64,000 nt of DNA from a virus. Taxonomy: Duplodnaviria; Caudoviricetes. Numbering within the stretch: the first letter of the stretch is position 1; the number at the start of each line of letters is the position of its first letter. The stretch lies in IMG/VR virus record IMGVR_UViG_3300033072_000723, positions 6,259 through 70,258 of that record; one strand, given 5' to 3'. The translations under genes were made by a program, and so were the position numbers. The notes below the pieces were generated by a model. That model had not been told where the DNA came from. It saw only the letters and a list, made by a program, of their open reading frames with translations, and made no database searches. Positions 1 through 8,540 of the stretch are shown one piece after another.

Positions 1-687
1 GTCTTGCGCAACCTCGGTCTCACAAAGACGGACGGTTTCTTGGTCGGGCTTTATTTGGCCGAGGGATGTGTTGGCAACGGCGGCTCTGTCCGGATTTCCC
101 TGAATGCCAGGACAGAGGCGTGGCTGGCTAAGCAAGTCCTAGATTTCGCGCAGCGGGCATTCGGTGTCACTGGCAATACTTCCAGACAAGGGAGTTGCCT
201 GATCGTGTCGTTCGGCATGGCTGTTATCTCCCCGTTCTGGGAGCAATTCGGTCGTTCATCCGACCAGAAGCTATTGCCACCCTGGGTCTTTGCCGCGCCG
301 CTGTGCTTCAAGATGGGGGTGCTGGAAGGCTGGGTGGCAGGCGATGGCCATGTCCGGGCTTCCGGAGAAACTTACGGCTCTACCGTTTCTCCGTCGCTTG
401 CGTGGGGGATGCGTCTTTTGGCCAACCAGCTCGGCATCGCCGCAACCACACGGCGAGTCTCGGCGAAGCCAACGGCAGTAATTCGCGGTCGCCGTGTTAC
501 CCAGAGAGACGCCTACCGCGTCGAGTGGCGCGCTGAGCCTAAGCGTGGCGGCGTGACGATGTGGGCCGGAGATTACGCTAGCTACAGCCTGGACGACATG
601 GAGGAAATTACCTCCCCGACCATGGTCTACAATATCCAGGTAGAGGAAGACGAAACCTATCTGACGACAAGTGGCGTGGTCCATAAT
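1..687 (+). mobile_element. Intein with LAGLIDADG homing endonuclease (C-terminal part)
   Basis: LAGLIDADG-like blocks FLVGLYLAEG and VLEGWVAGDGH; splice blocks VYNIQVEEDETY and VVHN, with +1 Cys codon TGC at 688-690. Confidence 0.92.
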
Positions 688-864
688 TGCATGCTGTTTC
701 CCAAGGCCGAGTCGCGGGACCTTGTGGACACGATGACGCAAGCGCTGCTGCGCCTGTCTGGATCGGGCTGGGTGGTTCACACCGAGGACCCGCGCGACGA
801 GTACGAGGATTACAGACGCGTGGCTCGTGAGGCCGAGAAATACGACTACGCTAGCCCGTATTGA
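1..864 (+). CDS. terL: Terminase large subunit, C-terminal part (5' truncated), interrupted by an intein
   Basis: After the intein the extein reads CMLFPKAESRDLVDTMTQAL, resembling the FP..hDD.VD..tqAl end of TerL nuclease domains; lies directly upstream of the portal; frame open from base 1. Confidence 0.8.
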   Translation, partial: VLRNLGLTKTDGFLVGLYLAEGCVGNGGSVRISLNARTEAWLAKQVLDFAQRAFGVTGNTSRQGSCLIVSFGMAVISPFWEQFGRSSDQKLLPPWVFAAPLCFKMGVLEGWVAGDGHVRASGETYGSTVSPSLAWGMRLLANQLGIAATTRRVSAKPTAVIRGRRVTQRDAYRVEWRAEPKRGGVTMWAGDYASYSLDDMEEITSPTMVYNIQVEEDETYLTTSGVVHNCMLFPKAESRDLVDTMTQALLRLSGSGWVVHTEDPRDEYEDYRRVAREAEKYDYASPY

Positions 865-889
865 CACGTTAACCATCTGTATCTATTGT
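861..889 (+). promoter_or_regulatory. Sigma70-type promoter upstream of portal, with TTAACCAT in the spacer
   Basis: TTGACA (861-866), 17-bp spacer, TATTGT (884-889); TTAACCAT at 869-876. Confidence 0.65.
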
Positions 890-925
890 GCCACGCCATC
901 ACCGGCCTACTAGGTTTGGTACGCG

Positions 926-3292
926 ATGGTTGCCCGCGCGGCGCTCGACACCGAAGAAATCGTTCTGGACGATCAGGACCTCCCGCTTGGAGGTGAGCCG
1001 GTCGTTGTCGAAGCAGACGACGGGTCGGGCGATGCGGAGATTGTCTTTAATCCGTCCGAAATGCTTGATCCGCTGTCGGCGCCGCATGACGCGAACCTGG
1101 CGGACTATCTGGAAGAGAGCCAGCTAAGCGGGATTTCCATCGAGCTTCTGGACGCTCTGGACGAGGATTGGTCGTCCGGCGAGAAGTACCGGAAAATCGT
1201 TAAAGACGGGATGAAATACCTGGGCGTCACCTACGAGACGCGCACCAACCCGTTCCAGGACGCCTGCGGCGCCTACGACACCCTGCTGATGGAGGCCCTG
1301 GTCCGGTTCCAGTCAACCTACCGGGGCGAGATGATGCCGGCGGCAGGCCCAGTCCTGACCAAGATCGTGGGCCTGGAAAACGAGATGCTGGCTGCCCAGG
1401 CCAGCCGCGTCCGGGACTGGTTCAACTACTTCCTGACCGAGATTGCGACCGAGTACTACCCGGACACGGACAGCCTATCGATGGCCCTGGGTTGCTGGGG
1501 CTCGGTGTTCCGGAAGGTCTATCTGGACCCGCGCCTCGGACGCCCCACCCTGCCGTTCCTGACGCCGGAAACCTTCATCGTCTCGTATACGACCACTAGC
1601 CTGGAGCGCTGCCCCCGGTCGTGCGAGCTGATCCCGTATACGCCGCGCGAGATGATCGCGTTGCAGATCAAGGGCTTCTACCGGGACGTGGACCTGGGAG
1701 AGCCGGACGAGGAGCAGCCGAACGGAACGACCACGCCGCCCAAGCACGACGCTCTGGTTGGCGTGGTGTCGGAGCTGGCCAAGGGCGACGATCGGCACTG
1801 GGTCGGCGAGTTCCATGTGGACTACGACTTGCCGGGATTCGAGCACCGGATCGACGACGTAACCACCGGCATGCCTCTGCCGTACATCATCGCGGTGGAC
1901 CTCTATTCAAAGAAAGTGCTGTCTATCAGGCGCAACTGGGAAGCCGACGACCTGAACTTCCAGCGGGTGCAGCACTACGTCCACCACAAGATGATCCCGT
2001 CCGGCGAGGGCTTCTACGGCTACGGCTTTATCCATCTTCTCGGGGGGTCCGCGCGCGCCAGCACCATGATGCTGCGGCAGAACATCGACGCCGGGACGCT
2101 GGCGAATTTCCCTGGCGGCGTTCGCGTGAAAGGCGTGCGCACAGAGAACTCGGAGATCATGGTCGGCCCCGGCACCTTCGCCGAGCTTGAGACCGGCGGC
2201 ATGAAGATTCAGGACGCGATCATGCCGATGCCCTACAAGGGGCCGTCTGAAATCACGATGCTTCTTCGCGACAAGATGCGCGAGGAAGCCAAGCAACTCG
2301 CTGCCAACACCGAAATCGCCGTGGGCGACGGAAGACAGGATGCTCCGGTTGGCACGACTGTCGCGCTTCTTGAGCAGGCTACCAAAGTGCAGTCGGCGGT
2401 CATGAAGCGCGAGCGGGAGGCATTCAAGAACGAGTTCCGCCTGCTGGGCCGCCTCTTCGCCCAAAGCCTGCCCGAGGCGCCCTATCCGTTCCCGGTCAAG
2501 GGCGGCATGTCCGCCATCATGCGCCAGGACTTCGATAACCGGATCGATATCATCCCGGTTGCCGATCCGAACATCACCAATTCCGCCAGCCGCCAGCTTC
2601 GCGCCGAGGTCATGATGCGCGTTGTCACTGGCATGCCGGCAGCCGGCGGCGACCAGCGTGAAGCTGCCGTAAACCTGATGCGCGAGCTGGATGTCGATTC
2701 GGACAAGATCGACAAAATCTTCCCGCCGCCGCAGCAGGCGCAGCCGCTGGACCCGGTCAGCGAGAACCAGCTGATGATCACGGGCAAGCCTGTGGCGACC
2801 GCCGAGTACCAGGATCACGCCAGCCACATCGCCGTTCATGCGGCCGTGCTGGAGGCGACCGGCGCACTGCCGCACATCCAGGAGCACTTCGCTCAGAAGT
2901 TCCGCGTGGATATCCAGCTGGCCATGGGGCAGATGCTGCCGCCGCTAGGCCAGAAGATGCCGCCAGAGATCGAGAACGAGATCGCCCTGCGCGCCGCCCA
3001 GGCCGTGAAGGTCATGAAGGAGCAGCAGGCGTTGGCTGCCGGTGGCGGGGGCATGGACCCGGTCGCTGTGGCCATGGAACAGGTCAAGGTCGATATGGCC
3101 AAGGTGCAGCAGAAAGCTGTGTCCGATGCCGCCAAGATCGACCAGCAGACCCGCAAGGATTCGCTGAACTTCGCGGTCAAGATCGCGGAAATCCAGTCCC
3201 GGGAGAAGCTCGGGAAGATCAATGCCTTCGTCGATTTGTCGGACAACGAGAAGCCGGTCGAAGGTGGTGTTGGCCAAGTATGGGAGAGATAG
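926..3292 (+). CDS. Portal protein
   Basis: 788 aa directly after TerL; podovirus portal-like motifs (LSMALGCWGSVFRKVY, YGYGFIHLLGG, DAGTLANFPGG, DAPVGTTVALLEQ). Confidence 0.88.
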   Translation: MVARAALDTEEIVLDDQDLPLGGEPVVVEADDGSGDAEIVFNPSEMLDPLSAPHDANLADYLEESQLSGISIELLDALDEDWSSGEKYRKIVKDGMKYLGVTYETRTNPFQDACGAYDTLLMEALVRFQSTYRGEMMPAAGPVLTKIVGLENEMLAAQASRVRDWFNYFLTEIATEYYPDTDSLSMALGCWGSVFRKVYLDPRLGRPTLPFLTPETFIVSYTTTSLERCPRSCELIPYTPREMIALQIKGFYRDVDLGEPDEEQPNGTTTPPKHDALVGVVSELAKGDDRHWVGEFHVDYDLPGFEHRIDDVTTGMPLPYIIAVDLYSKKVLSIRRNWEADDLNFQRVQHYVHHKMIPSGEGFYGYGFIHLLGGSARASTMMLRQNIDAGTLANFPGGVRVKGVRTENSEIMVGPGTFAELETGGMKIQDAIMPMPYKGPSEITMLLRDKMREEAKQLAANTEIAVGDGRQDAPVGTTVALLEQATKVQSAVMKREREAFKNEFRLLGRLFAQSLPEAPYPFPVKGGMSAIMRQDFDNRIDIIPVADPNITNSASRQLRAEVMMRVVTGMPAAGGDQREAAVNLMRELDVDSDKIDKIFPPPQQAQPLDPVSENQLMITGKPVATAEYQDHASHIAVHAAVLEATGALPHIQEHFAQKFRVDIQLAMGQMLPPLGQKMPPEIENEIALRAAQAVKVMKEQQALAAGGGGMDPVAVAMEQVKVDMAKVQQKAVSDAAKIDQQTRKDSLNFAVKIAEIQSREKLGKINAFVDLSDNEKPVEGGVGQVWER

Positions 3293-3293
3293 C

Positions 3294-3473
3294 ATGAAGT
3301 CCGGTGGTATGCGTCCAAAGATGGCCCGCAAGGCTGCGGTGCCGGCCCCGAAGACCCCGATGCGCGGCGCCATGAGCAGCGTGCGCCCTGGTGTGGCGAA
3401 GCAGTTCGCTGCTGGCGGCGCGGCCAAGGAGCGCAAGGGCGTCTACAAGAGCGGCGGCCGGGTGAAGTGCTGA
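3294..3473 (+). CDS. Small basic protein with three x-x-GG motifs
   Basis: 59 aa K/R-rich: MKSGGM, FAAGGA, YKSGGRV; TGA overlaps next ATG. Confidence 0.65.
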   Translation: MKSGGMRPKMARKAAVPAPKTPMRGAMSSVRPGVAKQFAAGGAAKERKGVYKSGGRVKC

Positions 3474-3733
3474 TGGCTGTCGCGACGGTCAAAAACACCC
3501 ACCGCGTTCCGAAGAGCCAGTGGCGCAAGTGGCCGGCGCGGGCGCGCGAGACGTTTAATTACGTCTACTCGTTGATGTACGACAACCCGCGCTTGTTCAC
3601 GCACCCGAAGGCGGTGAAAGAGAAGGCGCATATCTGGAAAACGACGGCGTGGAATACGGCGTGGATTGCCGCTGACTGCGTTCGCGACGTGTTGCGCGCC
3701 GAGCGCAGCAAAGCAGGGACTACGAAAACCTGA
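3473..3733 (+). CDS. Hypothetical protein
   Basis: TGATG coupling at both ends. Confidence 0.6.
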   Translation: MAVATVKNTHRVPKSQWRKWPARARETFNYVYSLMYDNPRLFTHPKAVKEKAHIWKTTAWNTAWIAADCVRDVLRAERSKAGTTKT

Positions 3734-3969
3734 TGTCCGTACTTGAGTTCCGCGACCGCATCGAGACAGCCATCGACGACAAGATGGCGGCGATTGCGTC
3801 CAACGTGGTCAATGGCCGCGCGGAGTCGCAGGAGGAGTACCGGCGCCTGACTGGGATCATCAAGGGCTTGGATGAAGCGAAGGGGATTATTGCCGGAGTC
3901 TTCAAGAAGATGTACCAGCCAGAGAGGGTGAGTAATGTTGAAGGCAGTCACGACGAAACCACAGACTGA
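3733..3969 (+). CDS. Hypothetical head-module protein
   Basis: 78 aa helical ORF coupled to the previous gene. Confidence 0.7.
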   Translation: MSVLEFRDRIETAIDDKMAAIASNVVNGRAESQEEYRRLTGIIKGLDEAKGIIAGVFKKMYQPERVSNVEGSHDETTD

Positions 3970-4315
3970 GAAGACGGAGGATATCCAGGCGACTGGGTAC
4001 TACGTCGCGATCAAAATCTGGGTGCGACCGGAGAAGATAGGCAGCGTCTATACGGCGCCGGTCACGCAGAAAGAAGACCAGTACTCGCATCCGGTCGGTC
4101 AGGTGGTCAGCATTGGCCCGGACGCCTTCAAGGGCGAAGCGTACACCAGCGGCGCCTGGTGCCGCGTCGGCGATCATGTGCTGTTTGATCGCGGTGCTGC
4201 CCAGGCCCTGAATTACTCCGGGGTGGCGCTTGCGTTCATACCGGACAACAAGATTGTGGCTGTCGTTCCTGACCCGGCCAAGTTCATGAAGATCAACGCG
4301 CTGGATAGGACGTAA
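3935..4315 (+). CDS. GroES-like co-chaperonin
   Basis: Cpn10-like pattern IQATGYYVAIK..VGQVVSIGPDAF..CRVGDHVLF..IPDNKIVAVV. Confidence 0.8.
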   Translation: MLKAVTTKPQTEKTEDIQATGYYVAIKIWVRPEKIGSVYTAPVTQKEDQYSHPVGQVVSIGPDAFKGEAYTSGAWCRVGDHVLFDRGAAQALNYSGVALAFIPDNKIVAVVPDPAKFMKINALDRT

Positions 4316-4317
4316 CC

Positions 4318-5484
4318 ATGGCGACAGAAAACACGCAGCAGGCCGAGAACCAGCCGCAGCTTCCTCTGGAAAACCAGAACGCGGCGGTGCAGACTGGTTC
4401 CGACACGCAGCTCGAACCGACCACGATTACGATCGAGGCCGAGGGCGATGCCCAGCAGCCCCAACATCAGGAAGGGGGTGATCAGCCGCCTGGGCAGTCG
4501 GATCAGCAGGCGTCCGATGACGATGTGGTGGTGGATGCGTCGCCGACATCCCCGGACGGGCACAAGCCGAAGAAGCACGTCCCGTCCCGGCAGCGCATCA
4601 ACCAGCTGACCGCCAAGTGGAAGGAAGCTGACGAGCGCGCAGCTTACTGGGAGCGCGAGGCCCAGAAGCACTTTGGCGCCGCGCAGAGCCTGCAGCAGCG
4701 CAATCAGCAGACCGAACGCCAGTCGATGCAGCTGTGGGCCGACAGCCTGAAGGCCAAGCAACAGACCGCGCGCCAGGCAATGATTGAGGCCAAAAATTCC
4801 GGCGACGCCGTTGCCGAGGCCAAGGCGATCGAGGACCTGGCGTCCTATACGGCCGATCTGCGCACGGCCGAGGTCTACTTGCAGCGCAACCCGCAGCCGC
4901 AGCCAAACCAGCAGCCACAGCAGCGCCAGGCGCCCCAGCAGCCGCAGGCGACGCAGCCGAGCTTCACGCCGGAGGTTCAGGCGTGGATGAAGGAGAACAG
5001 CTGGTACAGCCCGCAGTCGCCCGACTTCGATGCCGACATGGCGCAGTTCGCGCATCTGGAGGCCCAGAAGCTGGAGCAGCGCCTGCGCCGTACCGGGCGG
5101 TCCAATGAGATTGGCAAGGCGGCGTATTTGGCCGAGATCGACCGGGCGGTAAGACAGGAGTTTCCGGACATGTTCGAGGACGACCAGCCGCAGACGCGGC
5201 AGCCCCTGCGCATGCAGGCCAACGGGCCAAACGCTGCCGTGGGACACAACGGTGCCAGCCAGACGGGCGTGCGCCAGCAGGGCCGCCAGACGATTGTACA
5301 GCTATCTGCGGAAGAGCGGGAATACGCCCGCAATATGCAGAAGAAGCACGAGTCTGGCCCAAAGGCCGGGCAGCCGTTTACGGACGCCGAGAAAGAGCAG
5401 CACTATGCGCGCCTGAAGGCGGACTTGTCGCGTGGCAAGACACCAGGCGGCGTCGAGATCAACATGAATATCCGTGGTCGATAG
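4318..5484 (+). CDS. Capsid scaffolding protein (putative)
   Basis: Acidic, Q/P-rich N-terminus, coiled-coil core, position between portal and capsid genes. Confidence 0.7.
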   Translation: MATENTQQAENQPQLPLENQNAAVQTGSDTQLEPTTITIEAEGDAQQPQHQEGGDQPPGQSDQQASDDDVVVDASPTSPDGHKPKKHVPSRQRINQLTAKWKEADERAAYWEREAQKHFGAAQSLQQRNQQTERQSMQLWADSLKAKQQTARQAMIEAKNSGDAVAEAKAIEDLASYTADLRTAEVYLQRNPQPQPNQQPQQRQAPQQPQATQPSFTPEVQAWMKENSWYSPQSPDFDADMAQFAHLEAQKLEQRLRRTGRSNEIGKAAYLAEIDRAVRQEFPDMFEDDQPQTRQPLRMQANGPNAAVGHNGASQTGVRQQGRQTIVQLSAEEREYARNMQKKHESGPKAGQPFTDAEKEQHYARLKADLSRGKTPGGVEINMNIRGR

Positions 5485-5493
5485 GAGCAAGAC

Positions 5494-5958
5494 ATGAGAG
5501 GCCGCCCCGCCCGCGATGCCCGAGAAGGCCAGCGCCCGCAGCTGACATCGGACAGGAAGTCGCGGCTTTACATTCCGCCGCACCTGAAGCCATCCGACAA
5601 GGAGTGGCGCTGGTTCGCAGAGTCAGTCCACAACGCGCCGAACGACGGCCGCATTGAGGACGCCCTGATGAACGGCTGGAAGCCGGTGGACGGCTCCCAG
5701 TATGCCGGGTTGCAGGCGCCGTCTCTGCCGGGCCGCGAGGAGAAGAAGGACACGCTGGTGCGCAAGGGCGGCCAGATTCTCATGGAGATCGACAAGTCGC
5801 TGTACGAGGAGAAGGTGGCGGATCACGAGATCGAGTCGCGCTCTGCGCTGAACGCCATCTCCACGGCGGTCGATGGGCCAGGCATGCAGGACGACGATCG
5901 CCTGCAGGTCCATGGGAACCAGACCAAGATGGAACACCGCCGGCCGATCAAGCAGTAA
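5494..5958 (+). CDS. Hypothetical head-module protein
   Basis: 154 aa, RBS AGGAG, follows the scaffold gene. Confidence 0.7.
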   Translation: MRGRPARDAREGQRPQLTSDRKSRLYIPPHLKPSDKEWRWFAESVHNAPNDGRIEDALMNGWKPVDGSQYAGLQAPSLPGREEKKDTLVRKGGQILMEIDKSLYEEKVADHEIESRSALNAISTAVDGPGMQDDDRLQVHGNQTKMEHRRPIKQ

Positions 5959-5961
5959 AGA

Positions 5962-5990
5962 AAACCCCCGGGCACAAGTCCCGGGGGTTT
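5962..5990 (+). terminator. Terminator-like hairpin
   Basis: 11-bp stem AAACCCCCGGG / CCCGGGGGTTT with 7-nt loop, just after the stop at 5958; short U tract. Confidence 0.55.
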
Positions 5991-5994
5991 AAGT

Positions 5995-6221
5995 TTGGGA
6001 GGAAACGCCGTGGCTGTCGGGAGACAGGTCCACAACGCCTCCAAGATACCAGATGTAGATTGTGCTTGCCAAAGATAAAGCACCCGTGGTAGCGGTCCCT
6101 TCGTCGGTTGATTAACCGACCTCGCGTCTCCCCGACGCGGCACTGGCAGGCCGATGCACCATCCCGGCCATTGAGCGCGCACCGCGCGGCTTGAACCCAA
6201 GCTTCTCGATGAGGGCTCATT
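5995..6221 (+). ncRNA. Candidate structured leader RNA upstream of the capsid genes
   Basis: About 7 adjacent helices, e.g. CTGTC-GGGA-GACAG (GNRA loop), GTCGGTT/AACCGAC, CGCGTC/GACGCG, and TGAGC/GCTCA closing over the RBS. Confidence 0.45.
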
Positions 6222-6830
6222 ATGGCTTACGGCACAAATGCGCCGTTTGGTCTTCGCCCCCTGATGCATCTGGACGGCAGCCCCTGGAACGGCGGTCTGC
6301 AGAATTTGTCCATTTCCTCGGGCTATGCGACGACCATCGGCTACGGCGATCCGGTTACTACACTGAACGACGGCACCATCGGGCGCGGCGTCTCCGCTGG
6401 CCCGCTGCTCGGCGTCTTCATGGGTTGCCAGTACTACGACAGCAACCGCAACCTGGTGAACTCGAAGTACTGGCCCGCGTCCACGACCGTGGCTACCGGT
6501 ACGATTCCGGTCGCATACGTGGTCACGGACCCGACCGTGGTCTACACCGTCCAGGAAACGAACGGCTCCGGCGTGTCCGGCACCCCGCTCGCCCTGGCGG
6601 ATGTCTACCTGAATGCCCGGCTGCTGATCACGGCGGCCAGCACCACGACCGGCGGCGGCATGTCGCTAGTGTCGCTGGACAACTCCACGACTTCCACCAC
6701 GGCGACGTGGACCGTGAAGATCATGGGGCTTGATCCCCGTGTCGGCAACAACGTCGGCGCCTACGCCAACTGGCTTGTGGTTATCAACAACCACATCCTG
6801 AAGGGCGGCACCGGCACTGCCGGCGTCTAA
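6222..6830 (+). CDS. Capsid cement/decoration protein (putative)
   Basis: Starts MAYGTNAPFGLRP; beta-rich G/T/V composition; immediately precedes MCP. Confidence 0.65.
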   Translation: MAYGTNAPFGLRPLMHLDGSPWNGGLQNLSISSGYATTIGYGDPVTTLNDGTIGRGVSAGPLLGVFMGCQYYDSNRNLVNSKYWPASTTVATGTIPVAYVVTDPTVVYTVQETNGSGVSGTPLALADVYLNARLLITAASTTTGGGMSLVSLDNSTTSTTATWTVKIMGLDPRVGNNVGAYANWLVVINNHILKGGTGTAGV

Positions 6831-6843
6831 GGAGGGCTGAGCA

Positions 6844-7752
6844 ATGGCTATTAATACAAGTGCGATTGCCAACCTCCTCCGCCCCGGCTTGGCGGATGTG
6901 TTTGGCGATTATCCGATGTACCCGTCCCAGTGGACGGAAATCTTCGATCGCCACACTTCGATCATGCAGCAGGAAATCGAGGTCGAAACTCGACTCCTGG
7001 GCATGGCTGAAATCCGGGCGGAAGGCGCCTCCACCGCGTTCGACAACGCGATGGGCCAGCGCTGGATCACGACGTACCTGCATAAGTACGTCTCGCTCGG
7101 GTTCATCGTGACCCGACAGGCGCTGAAGGACAACCTCTACAAGAACAAGTTCGACATGCAGAGCCGCGCGCTGAAGCGCTCGATGCTGCAGACGAAGGAA
7201 GTTCTTGGCGCGGCGGTCCTGAACAACGGCTTCTCCACCAGCTATCCCGGTGGCGACGGCCAGCCCCTCTACTCGACCTCGCATCCGATCGACGGCGCGA
7301 CGTATGCCAACACCTTCTCGACCCAGGCGGACCTGAACGAGACGGCGCTGAACGACGCGAACGTGATCATCCAGCAGTTCAAGGACCAGGCTGGGCTGAT
7401 CGTGATGACGAAGGCGAAGAAGCTGATCGTCCCGCCGCAGCTTGCCTGGACGGCCGATCGACTGCTCGGGTCGAAGTATCGCACGGATACTGCGAACAAC
7501 GACATCAACCCGATCACGTCTACGCAGATGATCCCCGATGGCTATCGCGTCAACCAGTTCCTGACCGATACCAACGGCTGGTTCATCAAGACCGACGCCG
7601 ACTCCGGCTTCAAGTACTACGAGCGTGAGAAGCTGGAGATCGACATGTTCACCGAGTTCGACAACGACAACCTGAAGGTCAAGGCGCTCGAACGCTATTC
7701 CTTCGGTTGGTCGAACCCGCGCATCTCGTTCGGCGCGCAGGGCCTGACCTGA
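6844..7752 (+). CDS. Major capsid protein (HK97 fold, Mu gpT-like)
   Basis: 302 aa; LLRPGL start, LNNGF...GDGQPLYST.HP, KKLIVPPQL, WFIKTD, KALERYSFGWSNPR; strong codon bias. Confidence 0.9.
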   Translation: MAINTSAIANLLRPGLADVFGDYPMYPSQWTEIFDRHTSIMQQEIEVETRLLGMAEIRAEGASTAFDNAMGQRWITTYLHKYVSLGFIVTRQALKDNLYKNKFDMQSRALKRSMLQTKEVLGAAVLNNGFSTSYPGGDGQPLYSTSHPIDGATYANTFSTQADLNETALNDANVIIQQFKDQAGLIVMTKAKKLIVPPQLAWTADRLLGSKYRTDTANNDINPITSTQMIPDGYRVNQFLTDTNGWFIKTDADSGFKYYEREKLEIDMFTEFDNDNLKVKALERYSFGWSNPRISFGAQGLT

Positions 7753-7770
7753 TCGGTCTGATATGGGAAG

Positions 7771-7794
7771 CCCCGCCGGAGCAATCCGGCGGGG
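7771..7794 (+). other. Stable GNRA hairpin after MCP
   Basis: CCCCGCCGGA-GCAA-TCCGGCGGGG, no U tract. Confidence 0.55.
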
Positions 7795-7823
7795 TGAGGC
7801 CCGAGATGGGCAAGGAGGGTTAA

Positions 7824-8540
7824 ATGGGCTTTACGCATCTTGGCGGTTATCTCCGCACGGGCGACCAGTGGTCCCTGAACGGCTCGGCTCCGATCCCGGG
7901 CGTCTCGAACTCCCCGATTTACGTCTACCGCATCACGCCCCCGACGCTGGACAATGCGGCGTTTGGCGCCGCTGCGGCTGTCAGCGCGGGCTCGTGGACG
8001 CTGGCGGCCTCGACCGGCACCACTACCGTCACCATCAACGGCACGTCCTATATCGACCTGGGTGTGCAGCGCAGCGTGACGCTGTCCGGTGCCCAGACCT
8101 CGGCTGTTGCCGTGGACGTGACGATCACCGGACTGGACGACTACAAGGTCCCGGTTACGGCTACGATCTCCAGCCCGGCCTCGACCGCTCTGGTCCAGAC
8201 GGCCAAGACCTTCCGCTATGTGAAGGTCTCCGGCGGCGTCGCTACGGCAGGCAACACGGTGGGCACCGTGTCGGTCGGGACCGGCGACATCTTCGGCTTC
8301 CCCTACGTCGTGAACAACTGGGGCGATGTCCAGATCACCTGGAACTCGGTCGGCGCCACGGCTTCGACCGGCTTCGTCGCGGCGGTCACGACTTCTCCGG
8401 CAACCGCGTACACGGGTGACGTGCGCGGGACCTACGCGGTTCAGACAACCGCGTCGAACTCCTCGCGCGTACTCTGCGCGTGGATTTACATCCTCGATCC
8501 AAACACCAGGGCGGGTGCGTATGGAGTTGTCCAGGCTTGA
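7824..8540 (+). CDS. Virion structural protein
   Basis: T/V/G/A-rich beta protein after MCP, strong RBS GGAGGG. Confidence 0.7.
   Translation: MGFTHLGGYLRTGDQWSLNGSAPIPGVSNSPIYVYRITPPTLDNAAFGAAAAVSAGSWTLAASTGTTTVTINGTSYIDLGVQRSVTLSGAQTSAVAVDVTITGLDDYKVPVTATISSPASTALVQTAKTFRYVKVSGGVATAGNTVGTVSVGTGDIFGFPYVVNNWGDVQITWNSVGATASTGFVAAVTTSPATAYTGDVRGTYAVQTTASNSSRVLCAWIYILDPNTRAGAYGVVQA

Noticed and set aside
4880-4960. CAG/CCG-rich microrepeats here and near 25000-25150 and 26040-26170
   Set aside because: Explained by Q/P- or G/S-rich low-complexity linkers
7771-7794. Hairpin after MCP as an intrinsic terminator
   Set aside because: No U tract on either strand; kept only as a stabilising or processing hairpin
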